DNA of 64,000 nucleotides, from contig JAYUVP010000098.1 in assembly GCA_043753995.1 (NCBI GenBank), forward strand, positions 32,001 through 96,000, written 5' to 3'. The position numbers and the translations under genes were made by a program. Below, piece by piece: positions 46,508 to 56,559 of this stretch (position 1 is its first letter; each line of letters opens with the position of its first letter). The stretch is from Fibrobacterota bacterium. Lineage in GTDB: Bacteria > Fibrobacterota > Fibrobacteria > UBA11236. The notes below the pieces were generated by a model. The model saw only the letters and a list, made by a program, of their open reading frames with translations, did not search any database and was not told the origin of the DNA.

Positions 46508-47977
46508 ATGTCCTATCCCCAATTGCCGACGGCACTCCGCGCCGTCTGGATTGCCACCGCCCTAGCTGCGGCCTTGATTCCAAATCGCCTGCTGGCCGGC
46601 GATTCGACGGCCGTGGATTCCCTGACTGCGAAACTGAACGAGCTGGATCAAAAGGTCCGAATTTTGGAACGCAACCGGGAAATCGATCAAGAAGCTGCAA
46701 AGGCGACCGCCGAAAAAGTCGGCAAGGCTCTCAGCGACGACAAGGGATTCGGCCTCGTCAGTCAAGATGACAAGAGTTTCAGTCTCAAGCCAAAAGGCTT
46801 TTTGCAGAGCGTCGGCACCTATTATCTAGATGACGAAGACAATAAGATTTATTCCAACAACTTAACGGCTCGCCGCATGCAAACCTATTTCGATGGGGTC
46901 TTGTATAAGAAATTCGCCTTCCGCGTGCATACCGATTTCGCCGGCGCCAGCTTTGTTTTGCTCGATTCCTATCTCGATTGGAATTTCCTTCCCGAGCTTT
47001 CGCTGCGCGTCGGTAAATTCAAGGTCCCGACCAATTTGGAGCGTTTGCAATCTTCTTCCCGCGCGCAATTCATCGAGCAGGGATATGCTTCGGCCTTGTT
47101 ACCCAACCGCGATTTGGGCATTCAACTGTCAGGCTTGATTTCGGGTGGCTTGCTGGAATACCAAGTCGGTGTTTTCAATGGCGTGCAGGACGCCGGATCG
47201 GGCGCTGATGATGCCAGCGATGACAAGGATGCTTGGGCACGCGTTTTCATTAGCCCATTCGCCAACTCTTCGATTTACTTATTGCAAGGTTTGGGACTAG
47301 GCGTTTCCGCCAGCCAAGGATGGCAAGAAAACGGGGCACTACCTACTTACCGTTCGCCCAATCGCGCCGTTACCTTATTCGCTTATCGTCCAGCTGTTGC
47401 CGCCGTTCCGGCGGTTGGTACAACTCCTGCCGCTCCCGCTATCGCGGCGGTGATTTCCAAAGGCGAAGTCAAGCGCCTGAATCCCCAAGCCAGTTATTAC
47501 AATGGCGGCCTTTCCTTAGGGGGTGAATGGGCCAGCACCACGCAAAAAGTCGAGAAGGCTGGATTCGGCAGCAAGGAATTAATCCATACCGCTTGGCAAG
47601 CATCGGCGGCCTTTGTGGTCACCGGTGAAGCACAAACCTATAAGGGCCTCAAGGTCAAAAACGCCGTTCAAGACAGTGGTCTGGGCGCCATTGAAATTCT
47701 CGGCCGCGTCGGCGCCATCGCATTCGACGAAGACTCCTTTGAGAAAAACCTTTGGGCAGACAGCACGGCTTCGGCGAAATCTGGATTCAGCTGGACCGTG
47801 GGCGTGAACTGGTATTTGAACAATGCCGTTCGTCTGCAACTGAATTATGAGCAAAACACTTTTGATGGCGGCCGAAAAGGCACCGTCCCGACGGGCGCGG
47901 GCGCGGCGACCCGCACCGTGGTGCTAGACAAATTCGACGAGAAAGTCATTTCACTCAGCTTTAACGTGGCTTATTGA
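46508..47977 (+). CDS. OprO/OprP family anion-selective porin
   Basis: Signal peptide and coiled coil; motifs VGKFKVP..LERLQS, PNRDLGIQ and GVNWYLN; terminal aromatic residue. Confidence 0.85.
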   Translation: MSYPQLPTALRAVWIATALAAALIPNRLLAGDSTAVDSLTAKLNELDQKVRILERNREIDQEAAKATAEKVGKALSDDKGFGLVSQDDKSFSLKPKGFLQSVGTYYLDDEDNKIYSNNLTARRMQTYFDGVLYKKFAFRVHTDFAGASFVLLDSYLDWNFLPELSLRVGKFKVPTNLERLQSSSRAQFIEQGYASALLPNRDLGIQLSGLISGGLLEYQVGVFNGVQDAGSGADDASDDKDAWARVFISPFANSSIYLLQGLGLGVSASQGWQENGALPTYRSPNRAVTLFAYRPAVAAVPAVGTTPAAPAIAAVISKGEVKRLNPQASYYNGGLSLGGEWASTTQKVEKAGFGSKELIHTAWQASAAFVVTGEAQTYKGLKVKNAVQDSGLGAIEILGRVGAIAFDEDSFEKNLWADSTASAKSGFSWTVGVNWYLNNAVRLQLNYEQNTFDGGRKGTVPTGAGAATRTVVLDKFDEKVISLSFNVAY

Positions 47978-48024
47978 GCCGCTCTCGAACCCGATAACCC
48001 ATCACCAGCAGACCCATCATACCT

Positions 48025-49038
48025 ATGAAAACAACATTTATATCCCGACCCCTGGCCGCGGCCACTCTCGGCCTAGCCCTGATCGCCAGCGCGGTTTCCG
48101 CCAAAGAAATCAAATTGCTGAACGTGTCTTATGATCCGACTCGTGAACTTTATCACGACGTCAATGCCGCCTTCATCAAGGAATGGAAAACCAAGACTGG
48201 CGACGATGTCAAGATTGATCAAAGTCATGGCGGATCGGGCAAACAGGCCCGTGGCGTGCTGGACGGCCTCAAAGCCGACGTGGTCACCTTGGCCTTGGGC
48301 TATGATGTCGATGTGCTTTACATCCGAGGAAAGCTCCTTCCCAAGGATTGGCAGAGCAAGCTACCGCATAATAGTTCGCCCTACACTTCGACCATAGTCT
48401 TTCTCGTTCGCAAAGGAAATCCCAAGAAGCTGAAGGACTGGGGAGATTTGATTAAGCCGGGAGTTTCCATCATCACGCCGAATCCAAAAACCTCTGGCGG
48501 TGCGCGTTGGAACTATCTGGCGGCCTGGGCTTATGCCAAGCAATTGCCCGGCAGCAGCGATGAAACCGCCAAGGCTTACGTGAAGGCCCTGTTCAAAAAC
48601 GTACCCGTGCTCGACGGCGGCGCCCGAGGATCCACAACGACTTTCGTGCAGCGTGGCATCGGCGATGTCTTGCTGGCCTGGGAGAATGAAGCCTGGTTGG
48701 CGGTGAATGAGCTGGGCAAGGACAAATTCGAAATCGTCTATCCCAGTCTCAGCATACTCGCCGAACCTCCGGTTGCCGTGGTGGAAAAAGTGGCCACCAA
48801 AAAAGGAAATGCAGTCGTGGCCAAGGCCTATTTGGATTTTCTGTACACCGACGAGGGCCAAGATTTAATAGGCAAGAATTACTACCGGCCCACTTCCGAA
48901 AAAGCCATTGCCAAGTATGCGGACAAATATCCGAAACTGAAGCTGGTCACCATTGACGCCGATTTCGGCGGCTGGGCTAAGGCCCAAAAAGATCATTTCG
49001 ATGACGGCGGAAGTTTCGACGCCATCTACGCGCCTTAG
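48025..49038 (+). CDS. sbp: Sulfate ABC transporter substrate-binding protein
   Basis: Motifs [24 protein letters not shown] and [18 protein letters not shown]. Confidence 0.96.
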   Translation: MKTTFISRPLAAATLGLALIASAVSAKEIKLLNVSYDPTRELYHDVNAAFIKEWKTKTGDDVKIDQSHGGSGKQARGVLDGLKADVVTLALGYDVDVLYIRGKLLPKDWQSKLPHNSSPYTSTIVFLVRKGNPKKLKDWGDLIKPGVSIITPNPKTSGGARWNYLAAWAYAKQLPGSSDETAKAYVKALFKNVPVLDGGARGSTTTFVQRGIGDVLLAWENEAWLAVNELGKDKFEIVYPSLSILAEPPVAVVEKVATKKGNAVVAKAYLDFLYTDEGQDLIGKNYYRPTSEKAIAKYADKYPKLKLVTIDADFGGWAKAQKDHFDDGGSFDAIYAP

Positions 49039-49110
49039 TTTTTCGGTCTTAGAGGCGATGGTCCGGACATCGCCTCATTTTGTTTCATGTCTTTCAGATA
49101 GGATAGAGTC

Positions 49111-49944
49111 ATGGCTTGGAAATGGAAACAGCATAGCGTGATACCCGGATTCCGGCTCACCTTCGGCTATACCATAGCGTATTTGCTGATACTGGTTTTG
49201 ATCCCCCTCGGGGCTTTGTTCTGGAAAAGCGCCACGCTTTCCTGGCCTGAACTTATCGATACCATTTTCGCTCCCCGCGTTTTGGCTTCTTACCGATTAA
49301 GCTTCGGGGCCGCAGCTGTTGCGGCGCTGTTCAATCTCCCCGTGGGCTTGCTCATCGCCTGGGTTTTGGCGCGGTATGAATTCCCGGGCCGTCGCATCAT
49401 GGACGCCTTGGTGGACTTGCCTTTCGCCTTGCCTACCGCGGTGGCGGGCATTGCCTTGACCGCAGTGTTCGGGCCTTCGGGCTGGCTGGGAAAGCCTCTG
49501 CTCGCTATTGGCATCAAGGTCGCCTACACGCCTTTGGGGGTTACGGTTGCCATGATTTTCATCAGCCTGCCTTTCATCGTTCGCACGGTTCAACCGGTGT
49601 TGGAAGATCTGCAACGCGACATCGAAGAAGCGGCCGCGACCTTAGGCGCCAATCGATGGCAAATCTTCACCCAAGTGCTTTTGCCCTTATTGGCTCCCGC
49701 ACTTTTCACGGGATTCGCCCTCGCATTCGCGAGAGCTCTGGGAGAATACGGATCGATTGTTTTCATCGCCGGTAATATGCCGATGAAAACCGAAATCACG
49801 CCCTTGCTCATCATCACCAAGCTGGAGCAATACGAGTATGCCCAGGCCACGGCCATTGCCGCCACAACCTTGCTCGTCTCCTTTACCTTATTGCTGATCA
49901 TCAACCGCATTCAAGCTGTTAGCCGCAAGAAGTATGGCCTATGA
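49111..49944 (+). CDS. cysT: Sulfate ABC transporter permease CysT
   Basis: Motifs [21 protein letters not shown] and [14 protein letters not shown]. Confidence 0.95.
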   Translation: MAWKWKQHSVIPGFRLTFGYTIAYLLILVLIPLGALFWKSATLSWPELIDTIFAPRVLASYRLSFGAAAVAALFNLPVGLLIAWVLARYEFPGRRIMDALVDLPFALPTAVAGIALTAVFGPSGWLGKPLLAIGIKVAYTPLGVTVAMIFISLPFIVRTVQPVLEDLQRDIEEAAATLGANRWQIFTQVLLPLLAPALFTGFALAFARALGEYGSIVFIAGNMPMKTEITPLLIITKLEQYEYAQATAIAATTLLVSFTLLLIINRIQAVSRKKYGL

Positions 49945-50855
49945 TCGAATCCAATACCGTAGACGCGCCTGAGAAAAAGGCGAAGACCACATCCAAGCCC
50001 ACTCCTCGGGCGACCCTGAAAGCCGCGACTACGGAGACCCCGGCCATACGAATTTTTCTCATCTTGGCGGCGGCATTCCTGTTGTCCGGCATTTTGCTCG
50101 TGCCCCTCGCCGCCGTCTTCATCGAGGCTTTTTCCAAAGGCATAGCTGGCTTCATTCATGCCATCACCGAATCGGATACCCTGGCCGCCTTGCGACTGAC
50201 CTTGCTGGCCTGCGCGATTGCCGTGCCGCTCAATGTCGTATTCGGCTTGGCGGCGGCGTGGTGCATCGCCAAATTTGAGTTCTTCGGCAAAGATTTCTTG
50301 ATCACCTTGATTGATTTGCCCTTCAGCGTTTCTCCCGTCATATCCGGCTTGATTTTCGTTTTGCTCTTCGGCGCGCAAGGTGTTTTCGGGCCTTTCCTGC
50401 AAGAGCATGATATCAGCATCATCTTCGCGGTGCCCGGCATCGTTTTGGCGACGACCTTCGTCACCTTTCCTTTCGTGGCGCGGGAACTCATTCCCATTAT
50501 GCAAGCGCAGGGCACAGATGAAGAGCAGGCAGCCTTGGTCTTGGGATCTTCGGGATGGCAAATTTTCTGGCGCATCACCTTGCCCAATATCAAGTGGGGG
50601 CTGCTTTACGGCGTCATTCTTTGCAATGCCCGCGCCATGGGTGAATTCGGCGCGGTGTCGGTGGTTTCCGGCCATATACGCGGCCAAACCAATACCCTGC
50701 CCCTGCAAGTGGAAATCCTTTACAATGAATATGATTTCTCCGGCGCTTTCGCGGTCGCCTCGCTATTGGCACTTTTGGCAGTCGTAACCTTGATCGCGAA
50801 AAAACTGGTTGAGGGCAATGTTGCCGCCGAGCGTCGAACCGAGACAAAACCATGA
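49941..50855 (+). CDS. cysW: Sulfate ABC transporter permease CysW
   Basis: Motifs [12 protein letters not shown] and [23 protein letters not shown] overlap. Confidence 0.95.
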   Translation: MIESNTVDAPEKKAKTTSKPTPRATLKAATTETPAIRIFLILAAAFLLSGILLVPLAAVFIEAFSKGIAGFIHAITESDTLAALRLTLLACAIAVPLNVVFGLAAAWCIAKFEFFGKDFLITLIDLPFSVSPVISGLIFVLLFGAQGVFGPFLQEHDISIIFAVPGIVLATTFVTFPFVARELIPIMQAQGTDEEQAALVLGSSGWQIFWRITLPNIKWGLLYGVILCNARAMGEFGAVSVVSGHIRGQTNTLPLQVEILYNEYDFSGAFAVASLLALLAVVTLIAKKLVEGNVAAERRTETKP

Positions 50856-51931
50856 GCATCGAGATTAAAAGCATTTCGAAGAATTTCGCGACCTTCAAGG
50901 CGCTCGACAATATCAATCTCTCCATCCCCTCGGGAGAGTTGGTGGCCTTGCTCGGGCCTTCGGGTTCGGGAAAAACCACCTTGCTACGCATACTCGCGGG
51001 TTTGGAAAATCCCGATTCGGGCAGCGTTTTGTTCGAGGGCCGCGACGCTACCTACGAGCATACCCGCGATCGTCGCGTCGGCTTCGTGTTTCAGCATTAT
51101 GCCTTATTCCGCCACATGACCATATTCGAAAATGTCGCCTATGGTTTGCGCATCAAAGCCAGGAATATTCGCCTTAAGGAAAAGGAAATTGACGAACGCG
51201 TTCACAACTTGCTGACTCTGGTGCAACTCGATTGGCTGGCCGATCGCTATCCCGCCCAATTGTCCGGTGGTCAGCGCCAACGCATCGCCCTGGCGCGCGC
51301 CTTGGCCGTGGAGCCTCAAGTGCTATTGCTCGATGAGCCCTTTGGAGCCCTCGACGCCAAGGTCCGTCTCGAATTGCGCACTTGGCTGCGGCGATTGCAT
51401 GATGACCTGGGAATCACTTCCGTTTTCGTCACTCACGATCAAGAAGAAGCCATGGAAGTTTCCGATCGCGTGGTCATCCTGGATCGTGGGCGTATCGAAC
51501 AGGATGGTTCGCCGGAAAACGTTTACGAGAATCCGGCAACACCTTTTGTGTATGAGTTTCTCGGAATATCCAACAAATTCGCGGGCAATGTCCGGCAAGA
51601 GATTGTGATGGCCGGTGTTAACGTACAGGTGACTACGCATGAAATCGACGAGCTAAATGGCGATTTCGCCTATGTGCGGCCCTTTGATTTCGACGTCAGT
51701 CGGCAGCCATTTTCCTCTGAATCCATTTCCGCGCAATTGCAGCATGCCCAGGTGGTTGGAAATGCCGTTCGCCTGTATTTACGAGTACCTGAGAAGCCAG
51801 AACCGGTGCGTGCCGAGGTGGACAAAAAGCGATACCGCGAACTTGCCGTCGCGGCCGGTGATACCGTTTACCTCAAGCCCAAGCATGTGCAAATTTTTCA
51901 GATGGATCGTCAAAACGTGGTGGCTTATTAG
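50852..51931 (+). CDS. cysA: Sulfate ABC transporter ATP-binding protein
   Basis: Walker A GPSGSGKT, signature [23 protein letters not shown]. Confidence 0.96.
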   Translation: MSIEIKSISKNFATFKALDNINLSIPSGELVALLGPSGSGKTTLLRILAGLENPDSGSVLFEGRDATYEHTRDRRVGFVFQHYALFRHMTIFENVAYGLRIKARNIRLKEKEIDERVHNLLTLVQLDWLADRYPAQLSGGQRQRIALARALAVEPQVLLLDEPFGALDAKVRLELRTWLRRLHDDLGITSVFVTHDQEEAMEVSDRVVILDRGRIEQDGSPENVYENPATPFVYEFLGISNKFAGNVRQEIVMAGVNVQVTTHEIDELNGDFAYVRPFDFDVSRQPFSSESISAQLQHAQVVGNAVRLYLRVPEKPEPVRAEVDKKRYRELAVAAGDTVYLKPKHVQIFQMDRQNVVAY

Positions 51932-52202
51932 GGTTTGATCCCCATTTTGACCTAGGATGCCGACCGGTACTCCGGAGGTTACCCCTAAACAGGAGTAACA
52001 CGATCTTGCATTCCAGGTTGAATCCGATTAAGGAGAGAGCACTTAGATTCCAAGGAAATATCATCTCGATCCCTCGGCTTGAAATTCGCGGGCAGTGTCA
52101 CAGCGCTGGAAGCTTGGTATTCAATGCAGTCGGGCTTGGCGACCTGGATTTGAATTAGGCACCATTGCCCGGCAACGCGGCGAAGAGTGTACCGATATTT
52201 CC

Positions 52203-52718
52203 GGGCATGCCTTGACCATAGTACGCGATTTTGCTTCTGCTTTGCCGAAGTTGCGCATCCTACTCCACAGCGACGTCTTGGCGGCTTTTCAAGGGGATCC
52301 TGCGGCGCATACCGTCGACCAAGTTTTGCTTTATTATCCAGGTATCGTAGCCATTTTGCATCATCGCTTGGAGCATCACGCCAATATCGTGCCTTGGCAA
52401 ATTCTCGCCCAGGAAAAAGGTGCCAAGCTACGCGTGATACCCGTGGATTCCACCGGGAAAATCCGCTTGGACGAATACCAAAAGCTATTGAACGATCGCA
52501 CCAAGCTCCTCGCCATCACCCAGGTTTCCAATGCCTTGGGAACCATCACCCCCGTGAAGCAAATCGTGGAAATGGCTCACAAAGTCGGGGCTCGCGTGCT
52601 GGTGGACGGGGGGCGCAAGCCGTGTCGCACTTGCGCGTGAACGTGCAGGCCTTAGACGCCGATGCAGTGGGTTTAGGCGCGGCCCTCTCTCGCCTTTTAC
52701 AATACTTGCGAAGAGGTG
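52203..52718 (+). pseudogene. Mosaic remnant: serine O-acetyltransferase fragment fused to three SufS-type cysteine desulfurase fragments
   Basis: DVLAAFQGDPAA...YPGIVAILHHRL (CysE/EpsC), then EHHANIVPWQ...TQVSNALG...VLVDG, a frameshift in a G-run, AQAVSHLRVNVQALDAD, DAVGLGAAL and RPSLAFYNTCEEV. Confidence 0.8.
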
Positions 52719-52899
52719 GGAGTGTGGGTGAGGACGGTGACGCGTTTGAGCGCCCGCAATCGGTTCCGCCACCTAAACGACCTGTGACGGTGTATTCGAA
52801 ATTTCTGACTTCAGCAAATACATACCCTGGCACGAGCTTTTGCGGCAATGCATAGCCCGACGGGTCCGTCGAATGGAATGAATGACCTATGCACACCTT

Positions 52900-52948
52900 T
52901 TAAAAATAAAACCAAGTCCAGCGAGCAATTGGCCCGCTGGACTTGGTT
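52900..52948 (-). terminator. Rho-independent terminator of the astacin gene
   Basis: 14-bp perfect stem AACCAAGTCCAGCG/CGCTGGACTTGGTT with a T-rich tract on the minus strand. Confidence 0.85.
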
Positions 52949-52958
52949 GAAATAGGGT

Positions 52959-54836
52959 CTAGTGGAAAGGTGCACCCGATCCCAGGAAAACCGAGCCTTG
53001 GATGTTGGTGTATTGATAGGCTAAGACATGCTGATAATCGAAATAGCGATTATCCACAATGGCGGCACCGTAATTGACCAAGCCCACGTCATTGGCTGCA
53101 TCGATACGGCTAATGGTATTTCCCAAATTGCCCACCCTGAAAATAGTGGTACCGGTGGTTCTGAATCCTCGATTGTCCATGTCGAAGAGATACATGGTCG
53201 TTCCGCTCACCGTAGCTAAAACCGCCTTGGTTACCGATTGCCACAAACCGACCGGAGTACCCGGCAGGCTGACATCGGCGACGATATTGCCTATGCTACC
53301 CGTACCAGGCATGCTTCGTATGCGGGTAAGACCCGTAGAGGCGGCAAAAAGGAAAAAAGCTGAATTTTTTCCCAAGGAGGTTTCGCTGTAAAAAGGACGG
53401 AAGAAAGTCCAATTTGTCCAAGTGTCCGAATAGGTTAGCGATTGGATATTGCCCAAAGTATTGACTGACCAAATATTGACTAGGAAATTGGTTTTGTTTT
53501 GGAAAAACAAAAACATTTTGCCTTCGGACTGATAATATTCAATGGTAGACCATCCCGTTCCCCAATAGCCTGAAGCGATATTTGCTCCTACAAGCCCGCT
53601 GGCTGAATTGACATAAAAAAGACGGACATAGCCATTGGTGGAATTGTAAAACATCAAGCAAGGTGCTTTATTGGCATCGAAGTAAGGAGCGATGAGATTG
53701 AAGCCTCCGCCCACATTTATATTTTGCAAGGAATTACCAAGGGTATTGTCGGAATTGATAGATGTTATATTGGCGACGCCAGTAACAGGATCATAGGTGC
53801 AAATGAATTTTTTAGCCACGAAATTCGGGAAGGTGTTGAATAGCTTGGTGACCTTGCCCTGTATTCCCGGCAGCAATGCCACCGGCCGCAGAGGAATGGC
53901 ATTTACCCCGATGCCCCATAATGAGGATTTGTCGGTAGCCGTAAACACTGCGCCCCCTAGGGCTTGGCCATTGATGGCCGTCATGGTCACGGTATAGTTC
54001 GCTCCGGTCGCATGCTTGTATGTGACGGTGCCGCTGCCGTAATGCATGATGGATTTTTGATCGTAGACGCCCACGGTATTGCCGTCGTTTTTAATCGCCC
54101 AGTTCGAATTGAACCAACCGCTATCATCGGTGCCGGTGGTGGTAATATTGACGTAGGTTGCCCGGTCAGGCCGCATTTGTTCGTGATACATGCCAGCCGT
54201 ATGCGCCATTTCGTGCATAAGAGTCGAACGACCCACCGCGGCTTGGGGCAGTCGGATATACTGCACCCCATTCGCTGAAACCATGCCAACTTGCGAGTTG
54301 GCAAAGGGGTCATTGGTTTTGACAAAGACCACGACCGGATAGGTTTTTTGATCCCAAGGGATATAGGAAATGCCCCCAGCTTGATTGAACTCATAAACGG
54401 CTCTTTCAACTTCAACCTTGTCGACATTGCCAACCGCGATGTAGGGAATCACGGCATTGGGCCAGGCATTGGCCTTGCCAGTATAGGCCGTATTTAAGAC
54501 AAAACCCGATGACTTGGCCAGTCCAACCGGTTTGTCTTCACGCGGGTCTACCAATTTGGCGCGCAACTCTTCCACTTCCTGAACGCCGCTCGCAATCACA
54601 ATGTCGCCCTCAATTAAGGCAAGACTGTCGGTAAAGGTGACGGGGGTATAATTGGGTATTTGATTTGAATCCAAACCCGTGAACAAATAACTGCGTCCCT
54701 CGGGCAATGCTTGCCATTCGGTTGGCGAATTATCAACCGTATTTTTAGCCGAAGTAGATTCGTCGTGAGTCATATCGAATTGACATCCGGCGAATAAAAG
54801 CACGGCTGGAATGGCCGCAAAAACAAGTGGTTTCAT
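52959..54836 (-). CDS. Astacin-family (M12A) zinc metalloprotease lipoprotein with C-terminal propeller-like repeats
   Basis: Lipobox FAGC; prosegment IEGDI; HEMAHTAGMYHEQMRPDR (HExxHxxGxxH); Met-turn SIMHY. Confidence 0.9.
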   Translation of the reverse strand: MKPLVFAAIPAVLLFAGCQFDMTHDESTSAKNTVDNSPTEWQALPEGRSYLFTGLDSNQIPNYTPVTFTDSLALIEGDIVIASGVQEVEELRAKLVDPREDKPVGLAKSSGFVLNTAYTGKANAWPNAVIPYIAVGNVDKVEVERAVYEFNQAGGISYIPWDQKTYPVVVFVKTNDPFANSQVGMVSANGVQYIRLPQAAVGRSTLMHEMAHTAGMYHEQMRPDRATYVNITTTGTDDSGWFNSNWAIKNDGNTVGVYDQKSIMHYGSGTVTYKHATGANYTVTMTAINGQALGGAVFTATDKSSLWGIGVNAIPLRPVALLPGIQGKVTKLFNTFPNFVAKKFICTYDPVTGVANITSINSDNTLGNSLQNINVGGGFNLIAPYFDANKAPCLMFYNSTNGYVRLFYVNSASGLVGANIASGYWGTGWSTIEYYQSEGKMFLFFQNKTNFLVNIWSVNTLGNIQSLTYSDTWTNWTFFRPFYSETSLGKNSAFFLFAASTGLTRIRSMPGTGSIGNIVADVSLPGTPVGLWQSVTKAVLATVSGTTMYLFDMDNRGFRTTGTTIFRVGNLGNTISRIDAANDVGLVNYGAAIVDNRYFDYQHVLAYQYTNIQGSVFLGSGAPFH

Positions 54837-54959
54837 GCATTACCTACGGTTATGATGTTCGATCTTGGAGTCGCTTGAGAATTCAAGCACCCTGGAAAGT
54901 TAGCCGCGACCCAATCCGATTCATTTGCTATTCACACCAAAAGTGTGCATTTCACACCA

Positions 54960-55145
54960 CCTTCTCCGACCTACGCACTCGGACTTGCGAGATGCAAGCG
55001 AACTTGGGTTCACCTCCCGCAGGTCCCGCGCATAATCGCAAGCCGGTGATTGCGCTGCGTGATGCCGATGCCAACGCTGAACCCAATGGGTTACCTGTGC
55101 GCACAAATCGGCGCGTTCAACCTGCATGCGGTCCGCCTTCCCCCG
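54960..55145 (+). mobile_element. Possible short remnant of an IS91-like (Y2) transposase
   Basis: Peptide LCAQIGAFNLHAVRL resembles the CA...GFsLHA segment of IS91-like transposases; no intact ORF. Confidence 0.3.
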
Positions 55146-55336
55146 GCGCTAAGTCCCCAAAAATATGGATACACACGATTCGCCACGGCTTGCTTTTCCT
55201 CGGGAGAGAGCGGAGGCGTCGGGAGGGCGCCGAAAACGTTGTCCAAAATCGGAATACGAATTGCGGGGAACCGACCCCGTGAGGACGGAGCAATAAGCTC
55301 ATCTTTAAGCGATGGGGCAAATTGCGGAATCGATAT

Positions 55337-56491
55337 CTATTGTATTATCAATCGATAGCGCGCTACTTTTTCCAAGCTTCGCGTCTCAAGTTGATACACG
55401 CCAGCATTGAGCGCTGCATCCAGGCTGAATTCTGGTGTTATTTCTGTGATAGTTCTCCAAAATACCACCGCCCCACGCAAATCACGAATCGTGATTCTTG
55501 TATCGATATTCCCTGACAAATCTATTCGCAATCTTTGCCCCACCTTCGCCATGATTTGAGGCGTCTTGGAAATGGGCTGGCGGCTCAGGCGCGCACTCAA
55601 TGCCGCGCAAGACCCATCGTCGATGCGGGCGCTGGAATCATAACGCGGCGACAGCTTATCGGTGCAGCCATTCTGAAAATCGCCCGCGAGCCAACGCAGG
55701 CTTTGCCAATAAAGCTTAGGGATGGCACTGTCAGCTTGGGCCGTGACATGAGACGCGCCTTGGCCAGGGCTGCTGTATAGCAATTTGCCTTTACCGATAC
55801 TTCGGGCCCAAACCATGGGATGGTCATCGCTTGAATCAGGACCAGGGGCCAGCACTCCCGCTTCGCCATTTTTTGCTGCATATAACACGGTCACACCTGT
55901 TAATGGCCGGACATTCGCGTTGAAACGGAACCATTGATCAGTCAATCGAATCGATTCGGGAATAGCGGCAAGGACATGTTTGAGTTCCGGATGTCGCTTC
56001 GCGCCGCTATCCGAGACAAGGTCAGCCTTACCGGGAAGTGGATGATTGGTAAACTTCGCGCCTAACATATCCTGGAGTTGCGGCCATGTATCGTTGTGAT
56101 CGGCGGCCCATCGAATCAAGAGCCAACCGCCTCCTTGATGGACATACTCTGCCACCGCGTCGCGGGCCGAAGCGGTCGGAACCGAAGCCCGTCCATTGGT
56201 ATTGTTATTCCAAATGATGACTTGATATTTTTTCAAAAATTCCGGTGTCAATTGATTATCGTCGGTTAAGGAATCCAGTTCAAAGCCCTTGGCTTCGGCC
56301 ATTTGCTTAAACACGGCATTCACCTCGGGAATAGCCAACGGCTCCATCCACCCACCCACTTTGTTGTACAACAAGACACGCTTCACCTTGCTGGTGGATT
56401 CAGGCGGGGAGGTTTGAGCTGAGGCTACTCTATTACAAAAAATCAGGATCGGGGCGATTAAAACGGCAGCCCTCAAACAAGATGATGACAT
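55337..56491 (-). CDS. Secreted ThuA-like (class I GATase fold) protein with T9SS-like tail, copy 1
   Basis: Motifs RVLLYNK, LKKYQVIIWNN, YVHQGGG and HPMVWAR..GKGK.LY...G; tail IRDLRG...GVY. Confidence 0.82.
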   Translation of the reverse strand: MSSSCLRAAVLIAPILIFCNRVASAQTSPPESTSKVKRVLLYNKVGGWMEPLAIPEVNAVFKQMAEAKGFELDSLTDDNQLTPEFLKKYQVIIWNNNTNGRASVPTASARDAVAEYVHQGGGWLLIRWAADHNDTWPQLQDMLGAKFTNHPLPGKADLVSDSGAKRHPELKHVLAAIPESIRLTDQWFRFNANVRPLTGVTVLYAAKNGEAGVLAPGPDSSDDHPMVWARSIGKGKLLYSSPGQGASHVTAQADSAIPKLYWQSLRWLAGDFQNGCTDKLSPRYDSSARIDDGSCAALSARLSRQPISKTPQIMAKVGQRLRIDLSGNIDTRITIRDLRGAVVFWRTITEITPEFSLDAALNAGVYQLETRSLEKVARYRLIIQ

Positions 56492-56559
56492 AAACTCTCC
56501 AAGTGAGGGGACGTTGGACAGGCCGTGGCAAAGTCATCACTATTTCGGACTCCGATGAC

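Noticed and set aside
49911..50708. 265-aa antisense ORF over cysW and similar long antisense ORFs (e.g. 35619..36347, 14029..14634)
   Set aside because: These are shadow ORFs opposite well-conserved genes in GC-rich DNA, with no recognisable motifs.
51959..51978. GCCGACCGGTACTCCGGAGG mini-hairpin over a GGAGG after cysA as a regulatory RNA
   Set aside because: The stem is only 4 bp and no intact downstream gene remains; too weak to call.
52095..52855. ORFs 52095..52640 and 52187..52855 as a genuine novel CysE-SufS fusion enzyme
   Set aside because: The fragments lack the CysE hexapeptide domain and the SufS PLP-lysine and catalytic cysteine regions, and they are frameshifted; a pseudogene is the better reading.
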